The notes beneath the pieces were generated by a model that was not told the origin of the DNA, did no database searches, and was given only the letters and a program-made list of their open reading frames with translations. Below, piece by piece: positions 21,801 to 30,320 of a stretch of 64,000 nt of DNA. Within the stretch, counting starts at the first letter, position 1; each line of letters starts with the position of its first letter. The DNA is from Histomonas meleagridis 2922-C6/04-290x. Taxonomy: Eukaryota; Protista; Parabasalia. The position numbers were made by a program, and so were the translations under genes. The DNA is taken from NCBI GenBank assembly GCA_020184695.1, contig JAANOX010000258.1:558001-622000 (forward strand), given 5' to 3'.

Positions 21801-21881
21801 TACAGGACTAAAAAGCGGCAAGAAGAAGAAGCTCTTCAATTGTATATTACTGTAACGGATGATGAGGACGAAGACTATTAA
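18873..21881 (+). CDS. BspA-like (TpLRR) surface protein with signal/TM segments and acidic tail
   Basis: Repeated LPxxxxIxxxAFxxCxxL units; TM ILYSLIALAVIVVIVIGVIVAL; ATG at 18873 after TCAGTT Inr-like motif. Confidence 0.9.
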   Translation: MSFYIIFVVLSISQITVNVNDITNSSGDSLEAIVNITVTNFSNVNSLKFYEGTITQADIQNFSVRYYNCHDFIVYSDVNFENDRIPDYSFYSHTELKCLIIESPNIIIGEKAFSQCKNLNFFSIPNCIEIGFESLSGTGSDESLLSYEFLNCQIIKNSAFKNSVLSNVTICNIKTIPSDAFSGCDIKEVKLPDTEFLDDYSFSYCSIYNAVFPSVNNFTSTTFIGCTIAKLNLSIMTTIPDYLIQQIKTYIQEIDCLSLQSTTPGMFKNFLRLEYIQIPEVTNVSESCFSCCVKLKSIDLPNAQYISQHAFEYCSSLIHVNLSNAEIIGSYGFRACVSLEEVEFPKVKQIFFRAFEDSFFLQRVSLPSLQIAGNYLFQGCRKLTTLKFQSLESCNSSMLYGIGSDTSDVEFAKLTEIPEYFLRYIYSLKKANFSSAKFVSFEAFYNCRSLETLILPKVEEIESYAFFNCQKLTILELNYLKKCSNFVFAYCLNLSVVNFPECISIGTQVFIYCPIKKMEMPKLQSAQSGFLEGIYLSFEFPSLKSVKDYAFYNSSETTYVKLENLEYAGDYMLSYCEYLIGIELPKIKEIGKMSFYKCSRLLNVELPSLAKVGHGSFCNGGLNTTKLPNVIYLTNCTFNNCQLLQTVELPNCQFIQGDCFSSCTTLSSITLPKIHDITKGMFNDCTNLYDIHIPKCTCILEGSLVNCIRLQIIDCPPLKLLATQLVYCKALKSIKFDYLKYVLRGPFMDHNGLEEVSFECATHVDDYAFKNCVSLQKAYLPAVKYVGNQAFYGCTSLIDLTIGSNVETIKEKAFAYCSSLQKVALRAFQFLNEAKGLFMNCSNLKTIIMPKLSYVTPSFLDIFENCTSLTRIDLPSTEPNEFNDSAFNSTGIPRIVKNGVEAIPINLCLPYKVDYKNYGDDVWKGIFGNPPDNYFEICLESQDEQISTTKQVILYSLIALAVIVVIVIGVIVALKIYRTKKRQEEEALQLYITVTDDEDEDY

Positions 21882-22578
21882 TTTGTGAAATGTGATCTGA
21901 AATAACGATATAATAATTCTTTGAATTTTGATATTAAATAAACTTTTTCCTTAGTACGATGGAAACTTTAGTGTCTTTGGCACAAGTGAAATACTTCATT
22001 TTTTAGATATCAATGGAATTTTACAGAGGTTCAAGGCATGATGCGGAGTGTCATAGCATCAAACTTATTTATGAAAATCTCATTTAATTGTGACATTAAA
22101 TTGCCGTTCGACGATGCATGATGCACAATGCCATGCTGGCAGGTATTCTCTAATGCACTTCTTTGTATTGTTCATTCTATGCCATAAAATATGCTCAGCA
22201 TATAGTGGTGGTCATTATTCACGGGTGTGCGCTAAATTTTTCGAAAGAAACAAAAAAAATTATTTAATTTATATTTATATTTTAACATATTCATTACTTT
22301 CATTAAAATCTGCTGCTTATAGTTTATTGTTTTGCTTTTCAGCATTTTGATATATCAACGTATAAAATATATAATAATATTATATTAAAAAGAGTATTAA
22401 ACCACAATGCATGTATATATGATTTCTGTTCCAATATAAATATGTTCATCTTCAGATATTGATAGGAAAGATTGACTGTAATTGTTGTGAACAAACTCTT
22501 TTCATATTCAAAAAGTGGTATCGGCACCCCGAATCATAAAGTTGGAAAAATAAACATATCAAAAAGTTATAAATATAA

Positions 22579-23877
22579 ACATTACAAAAAGTTACCGAAA
22601 TAACTTATTATAAATCTTTTATTAATAAAGGTAAACCTTTAAATAAAAGTAATACTACATGTAATATATCATATGTTCTAAATCTTGAAGATTTAATTAA
22701 TAAAATTCCAAAACATGATTTTATTACTTTAATGTATCAAAGATTTAAATATAAAACTTATTCACCAAAATCTTTTATACAATTATTAACTGAATTAGGT
22801 CCAATTGGACAAAATGCGATTTAAAAAATGGATATTCCTTATGAAGTTCCTAAAACTTTTAATGAAACTGAAATAAAAACTTCGGATAATAAAATAAATC
22901 ATTTGAAATCTTCAATTATGAATTCATTTAATCAAAAAATAGAAAAATTTGAAATGAATAATGTATTCGATTTTGATGAATGTTGTGTAATTATTATATA
23001 TGAAGTTAGATTTAGATCAAATGTTTTGTTTTTAGAAGATAAAAAATATTTTTATTTAACACAAAATTTATTCTTAATTTTGAGAGTTATTTATATGAAT
23101 AATTCCGAATTACAAATAAAAACAAATTCTATTTTCCAAAAATTTGTTTTCGATTTAATAAATTGTGATTCACCAGAATTAAAATTTAATGAAATTATTA
23201 ATAAATACATAATTAAACTTAATGATAAAGAATTAAATTTATTTTTAAGACGAATAAGATTAAGTGAATATTTCATTTTAGGTAAAGAAGAAAATATTAA
23301 TTGGGAAAAAATGTATGTGAAAAAGATAATATAAAATATAATGCAAACCAATATATATTTGATAAATTTGAATTAATGATATTACCAAAGAATTTCTTGT
23401 TTTTAGCTAAAGAACCATATGGTTATTATGATGGATTTTATCTTCTGATAAAAATTATTACATAAATCTGTATAACGGAGAATTAATATGTAATTCTGTG
23501 GGAAAACATTATAAACATTCAAATGAGGATTTACACCTTGTGATGGATTTAAATGTGGAACACTCGAAAATTAGTTTGATATATAAAAGAAGAAATAATG
23601 CAAAAGTTTATATTTGTAATTTGCCAACGGTGTACTTGGATTTACTTGGAAATGAAAATATACATTTAAAAAATGGTTTAGAAATATTTTTGTCGGAAGA
23701 ATCGCCAACCACACAATTTGTTGAAACAGGTCAAAAATTTACTTCGTTAGCTAAAAATGATACTTCTTTTGTTAACTTTTATGCAAGACATCATTCCTCT
23801 GACAACCAAACTCAATACGAAATCAATTTCCTCCCAAAAGCAAAGAAGGTTATCCACATGTTAAAATCCAACAACAT
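22579..23877 (+). pseudogene. Decayed coding region of unknown family (includes ORFs 22828..23334 and 23498..23917)
   Basis: Frame open from 22579 with a single TAA at 22822 before the 168-aa ORF; further frameshifts downstream; runs directly into Hsp70 fragments. Confidence 0.5.
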
Positions 23878-24621
23878 TTTTCTCCCGAAGAAATCATCAT
23901 TATTCTTAAGTTACTAAAGAAAACTCAGAAAAACATCTTGCCATGAAGTTGGAATTCCAACCTATTTCAATGATTTTCAACGTAAATCAATAATCAATTC
24001 CGATACCTTATCGATAAGGTTTAAACATCATTAGACTTCTTTACAAACCAGTTTCCATTGCGATTGCTTATGACCTTAATAAATATAAATACGATAGGAG
24101 CAAAATATTGATTTTTGACTTTGGTAGTACTACATTAAGCGTATTGCTCCTCGAAAACGATTTTAGGTACCTTGATCTTCTCTCTTTTAGCGATTTACAA
24201 ATTGGCGGTGAGTATATCAATAATTTTATTTCGAATAAATACCAAAAAAAGACCGGAAAGAACTTAACAATGATAGCAAAATTAAGTAGTGACATTTTCA
24301 AATGAAACAATAATCAAAATTGATGAAGAAAATTTTGTCGAAACAATTACACGCGAACAATTTGAAGAACTCAACAAAGACATCTTCCAAAAGTTACTTG
24401 ATCCAATTAAAGATATTTTGAATGATGCAAAAATAGAAAAGAACGAAATCGACAAAGTTGTTTTGGCAGGCGGCTCATCGCTTATTCCGCAATCACAAGA
24501 AATTGTGCAGGAATATTTTAATGGAAAAGAAATATTAAAAAACATTAATCCGAAAGAAGTTACATCAATTGGTGCTGCGACTTTTGGGGACATTTTAGTT
24601 AAAATAGAAAACGAACTCTAA
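23878..24621 (+). pseudogene. Hsp70 nucleotide-binding-domain pseudogene fragment
   Basis: FSPEEI..., VGIPTYFNDFQR, GLNIIRLL..P..IAIAY, ILIFDFG, ITREQFEEL, VVLAGGSSLIP, INP.EV..IGAA spread over several frames. Confidence 0.88.
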
Positions 24622-24820
24622 TTTTTGTAAAAATAACTTAATTTATCCAATTTTTATAGCTGTGTTTGGTAAGTTATAATTTTTGTTTCTCTATCCGTTC
24701 AATTAAAAAACAAGTTACAATTATGAGTGAATTCTTTGAACGAATAATTTTTACATGAAGAGCAGGGTTAAAAACCTTTAACTAAGGGTTTTCCTAGATT
24801 TTATATACACTGCAGTGAGT

Positions 24821-25089
24821 AACCTGTACACAGACACTTTAATATAATCCACGCCTACACTGTAGCATTATTCATAGAGAACATATTTAGTAATATATAT
24901 TTAATAATTTTTTTTCAATTTAATTTTGTAATTTTTGCAATATTCCGATTTTTAACTCACTTCACTAAAGAGGATGTTAAAATGAAAAAATCTTTTTAAT
25001 TAATTCATATTTTTGAAACTGAATATATGTTAAAATTTCTATTTACTAACAAACTGTATAAAAATTTATGATTTATATGAATTTTTGTT
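24821..25089 (+). repeat. Dispersed non-coding repeat, copy A (about 270 bp)
   Basis: Aligns with 43821..44093; 24850..24907 is identical to 43850..43907. Confidence 0.85.
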
Positions 25090-25629
25090 TTCTATGTACA
25101 TGTTTTTCATGACAACTATGTATATAGAGTATTAATGAATTAAAAAATTTATCCAGATTAAATCGCAAATGCTTTACAAAATTATATTTTGTGAAACATT
25201 ATGATTATGCTTATTTGGATATTGTGATATAATTCTTATGTCTAGATGAATCAAAAATTTGTTAATGTTGTGCATAATTCATAATGCTAGCTTGAATTAT
25301 TTGCTTTATTAGGATTGGTATTGAACAGTAAAACTTATGCATTATTACTTCTTTTCTTGCAATTTTAATTAAGTAAATATTGTTGTGGTAATTTTGTTAT
25401 AATTATGCATTATTTAGGTTGTTATGGTGGTTACCAAGTATTTATATGGATCATTTCACCCACTTGAAATATTTCAGATGTCGCACAATAAGGTTGGAAA
25501 ATTGAATATGGCTTATTTTATTTTTATTCAAAATACGAGTGACATAAATTTTCATTGTTTCGAACAAAAAACCACTATTTGTCGATCAAAAAGCAAACAA
25601 AATCTTATCAATTAATCAATTTATTTCAA

Positions 25630-28235
25630 GTGGGGGGAAATCAAAGTCAAGCGATTATCAAATACAACGAAAACCTTCAAATATTGCAAGCTATTGAGAG
25701 AATTATTTTCGATTTAAACGAGGAAAATATTGATCAATCAGTCGAATCTTCTTTTCAATACTTTTCTCAAGAATTTCCAATTTCATTCCTTCACATTATT
25801 AGCAGAATTATTTATTCATATTTTGTTTCCAAAGGCTTTGAAAAATTATGCATCAAGTATTTACAGAAAGCAGAAATAAAATCGAATAATACCTTAATTA
25901 ATGTTGTTACTCAATTTTTGTTATCAATTAATAACGAAGAATCAAATTATCTTCTTGAAAAAATGATTGAAAGTAAATTAATAGAATCAAAAATTATTCA
26001 AAATAAAAATAATCCTTTTTATATACATTATGTTTCAGAAGAAGAATTCATAAAACTGCAATCTCAAAGGTTTAAATTCAAAAATGAAAATAATTTCAAA
26101 GATCTTTCTGAAAATTTTGAACTTCACAAGCAATTCATTAAAGAAGGACATAATCCAAATAAAATTGCAACAATAATTCGTAATGATGAAGTAGAAAAAC
26201 TTCAAGAAATGTCATCACAAACAAATTTTAATTTTAATCAAATAATTGAACCATCACTTTATGAAAGATATTCATTTATTAACAAACCAAATGTTACATT
26301 AATTGATTATGCAGCATTTTTCGGATCAGTTAAATGTTTTAAATATTTACTTATGAATGGAGCAAATGTAATAAACACAGGTAAATACTCTGTTGCAGGT
26401 GGGAATGAAGAAATCATTCATTTATGTGAGCAAAATCATTCATCATTTTATAAAACATATGAAACAGCAATTATGTTTCATCGAAATGATATCTTTAAAT
26501 ATATTTATGAAAACAAAATTAATCCTGATAATAATTTAGAAGAATTAGGAAAAGAATGTATTTTACATGATAATTTTGATCTTCTTTCATTTTTAAAAGA
26601 AGAAGGAATGAATATCAATAAGAATCATATCATCAATTCTATTAGAACAGGAAATATTATTATTTTTTTATATTTCCTCGGAAACAATAAAATTTCATTA
26701 AATTTTTTAGAGATTTCAGAGATTTCTATCAAGGAAGAATTTTTTGACTACCTTATTAATCATAAATATATTAATTTAAAGAGAAGTGTTTGAAAATTTT
26801 ATTGAAATTTTATTAAAACAATTTGATATTTTAAAATATGACTTAAATTTTTATTATAAAATTTAAACCAGCACTTCATATAGCAGTTAAAAATAAATAA
26901 TATAGAAATAGTAAAATTCCTTATAGAAAAAGGAATTGATGTTAATGCAAAAAATATTCATTTGAATAATTTTATATATGTTTTAATAATTTGGAATATG
27001 TTTTAATAATTTGAAACAGCACTTCATATAGCAGTTGGAAATAATAATATAGAAATAGTAAAATTACTTTTAGATAAAGAAGGAATTGATGTTAATACAA
27101 AAAATATTCATTTGAATAATTTAGAATATGTTTTAATAATTTGATATATGTTTTAATAATTTTGGATATGTTTTAATAATTTAGAATATGTTTTAATAAT
27201 TTATAATATGTTTTAATAATTTGGAATATGTTTTAATAATTTGAAACAGCACTTCATATAGCAGTTGGAAATAATAATATAGAAATAGTAAAATTACTTT
27301 TAGATAAAGAAGGAATTGATGTTAATGCAAAAAATATTCATTTGAATAATTTAGAATATGTTTTAATAATTTATAATATGTTTTAATAATTTTATATATG
27401 TTTTAATAATTTAGAATATGTTTTAATAATTTATAATATGTTTTAATAATTTGGAATATGTTTTAATAATTTATAATATGTTATAATAATTTGTAATATG
27501 TTTTAATAATTTGAAATATGTTTTAATAATTTATAATATGTTTTAATAATTTGAAACAGCACTTCATATAGCAGTTAAAAATAATAAAATAGAAATAGTA
27601 AAATTACTTTTAGATAAAGGAATTGATGTTAATGCAAAAAATATTCATTTGAATAATTTTATATATGTTTTAATAATTTTATATATGTTTTAATAATTTG
27701 GAATATGTTTTAATAATTTAAAACAGCACTTCATATAGCAGTTGGAAATAATAATATAGAAATAGTAAAATTACTTTTAGATAAAGAAGGAATTGATGTT
27801 AATGCAAAAAATATTCATTTGAATAATTTAATATATGTTTTAATAATTTAGAATATGTTTTAATAATTTGAAACAGCACTTCATATAGCAGTTGGAAATA
27901 ATAATATAGAAATAATAAAAATACTTTTAGATAAAGGAATTGATGTGAATGCAAAAGATATTCATTTGAATAATTTAAAATATGTTTTAATAATTTTATA
28001 TATGTTTTAATAATTTGGAATATGTTTTAATAATTTGAAACAGCACTTCATATAGCAGCTAGAAATAATAAAATAGAAATAGTAAAAATACTTTTAGATA
28101 AAGGAATTGATGTTAATGCAAAAATAATTCATTTGAATAATTTTATTTATGTTTCAATAATTTGAGACAGCATTTCAAATTGCACACCAAAAAGGTTACA
28201 CAGAAATAGTAAATTTACTTCATGAAAAAAAATAA
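25630..28235 (+). CDS. DUF3447-domain ankyrin-repeat protein, interrupted by eight non-canonical intervening sequences (or pseudogene)
   Basis: DUF3447-type AAFFGSVKCFKYL...AGGNEEII..AI..HRNDI; ankyrin segments 26865-26964, 27013-27114, 27243-27344, 27553-27651, 27720-27821, 27870-27968, 28037-28135, and capping segment 28164-28235 ending TAA; GTG start; 1-nt insertion in the first repeat. Confidence 0.7.
26965..28163 (+). repeat. 20-nt minisatellite AATAATTT-NNNN-TATGTTTT forming the seven IVS (2,6,10,3,2,3,1 units, each plus 8 nt)
   Basis: Counted directly: IVS lengths 48,128,208,68,48,68,28 nt. Confidence 0.95.
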
Positions 28236-29336
28236 AAATAAAAAATAAAGTACAAACAAAAATTTTAATTCAGATTCCTCTTCTACATCAAATCTTTATT
28301 TTCAATAAGAAATGGAAATAAAGCATATATTGCTAATAACATTAAAATCAACTTGAAGATCAAATGTTCGCAAGAAACACTAGAAAGAAAAGTAAAACAA
28401 AAGTTGATATAAATATACAAACAACCATATTTCCAGAGCATAGCGGTCTTCGGAATTTGAAAAAAAATGAATATCTCATTAAGTGTCTACTCGAGTAGTA
28501 AAATTTTGCACGTTAATTTTTCTGAGGTTTACTTGGAAAAAATCGAAGATTTTTTGGAAAAAATTCAAAATTCCTCATTACATAATTTATTTCCAAGAAC
28601 AAAAAGTAATTTCCGGAAAACTATAGATATATCCCTTTTCGAATATTATTATATATTGAGAATAACTGTTGTGTAGGTAAAATAATGGTGGATCATTTAT
28701 AATATATAATTTTTTACCTAAAATTGCAGAATGTGTTTTAAAATAAATACTGAATAGTTTTTTCTCATTTCAAAAGAATTTAGAAGGGCATTACATATTT
28801 TAACTTTAACAAAAGTTTTATTGATTTTTATTTAACATTCAGTCATTAAAATTTGATTGATCAATTCCAATTATTGGCATTTGATATTTTAATACAAAAA
28901 TTTCTTGGCATAAAAATTCCTTGATTTGAGGTGAGACATTTTCATTCAAATTTTTTATGGTTTTTTTTACAACAAGAAATTACCCTTTGTCCGATCAAAA
29001 ATCAATCAAAATCTATCGGGGAAGACGATATATTCAATTCCTCTCAAATATTGATCGTTCATCATTTTTTATAATCCAATAATATATTTTAATATATATA
29101 TTGATTCACTGGTATAAACTAACATATAAATTTTCTCTATTACTTGAACAATTGATAACAAACTATTAAAAATGACATAATATATTGGATTACACTCAGT
29201 TATGGAATTAATATCAAATTGCTGTAAATAAAAATTCAATTAACTATTATCAATACATTGTTTTGCCGATGTTAATCATGTATATAATAATTATTTAAAA
29301 GAATTAATTTCATACTAGAAAATCGATTAAAAAAAA

Positions 29337-29760
29337 CAAAGATCTTTCTGAAAATTTTGAACTTCACAAGCAATTCATTAAAGAAGGACATAATCCAAAT
29401 AAAATTGCAACAATAATTCGTAATGATGAAGTAGAAAAACTTCAAGAAATGTCATCACAAACAAATTTTAATTTTAATCAAATAATTGAACCATCACTTT
29501 ATGAAAGATATTCATTTATTAACAAACCAAATGTTACATTAATTGATTATGCAGCATTTTTCGGATCAGTTAAATGTTTTAAATATTTACTTATGAATGG
29601 AGCAAATGTAATAAACACAGGTAAATACTCTGTTGCAGGTGGGAATGAAGAAATCATTCATTTATGTGAGCAAAATCATTCATCATTTTATAAAACATAT
29701 GAAACAGCAATTATGTTTAATAGAAATGATATCTTTAAATATATTTATGAAAATAATATT
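29337..29760 (+). pseudogene. Duplicated internal DUF3447 fragment (copy of 26097..26520)
   Basis: 382 bp identical to 26097..26478, then diverges; truncated at both ends. Confidence 0.9.
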
Positions 29761-29775
29761 AACAAAATTAAAAAA

Positions 29776-29964
29776 TTAGGGGAAAAAATGCGTTTCATAT
29801 TTGAATAGCATCCAGCAAAAAGAATATGAATCTATTGTTGTAGCATCTTTCCCTATGATAACTGATTCTATGAAGTGACTCAAATAAAAAGCTTCCAAAA
29901 ATATCGTGTTAACAGAATCGCCTATTTCAATGCCATCTTCCAAATGATTGAATTGGAATATCAA
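29776..29964 (-). pseudogene. BspA-type LRR fragment abutting the DUF3447 copy
   Basis: IEIGDSVNTIFLEAFY...IESVIIGKDATTIDSYSFC. Confidence 0.65.
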
Positions 29965-30320
29965 TTACAGAAATTCTATTATGTTTATCTATGCAAATGC
30001 AATCATTAGTTATCATACTTAAATTTGTTATTGTGAGTGCTCTTGTTGCTTCATCAAACATAAATATAGCAAAAACAAAACAAAAAGAATTTAATCTGTT
30101 TACATTTTTTGGAACGCAGCACCAAAAATCAGTCAAATGCTCCATAAAAACGAGAAGAAGCAGAAGAAGCAGAAGATCCGTTTCAAAGTTTTTCTGACGC
30201 ATTTCATACGATAAAATTCATTAAAATATTTTTTATTTTTATTTTATTAAATAAAACATTTTAATCCAATTCAAGGATCATTTTCATGATAAAACATGAA
30301 ATTCTAAATAAAATATTCCA

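Noticed and set aside
26965-27012. TAA/TAG reassigned to Gln as in some metamonads
   Set aside because: Ordinary genes here end in TAA (PAP2, NAXD, RhoGAP), and most inserts are not multiples of 3
26954-27017. U12-type AT-AC intron (ATATTCAT...GAAAC)
   Set aside because: Removal gives AAG CAC TTC, the wrong frame; no U12 branch site seen
26941-27020. GT-AG splicing using the AG in ACA-GCA
   Set aside because: It needs a phase-1 GT; available GTs are phase 0 or 2, or lie after an in-frame stop; there is no ACTAAC branch point
26965-28163. CRISPR-like repeat-spacer appearance
   Set aside because: The variable part is only 4 nt, the units are embedded in a eukaryotic ankyrin gene, and there are no cas genes
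28270-28465. Short hydrophobic minus-strand reading frame after the ankyrin stop
   Set aside because: Only about 57 codons and no family recognised
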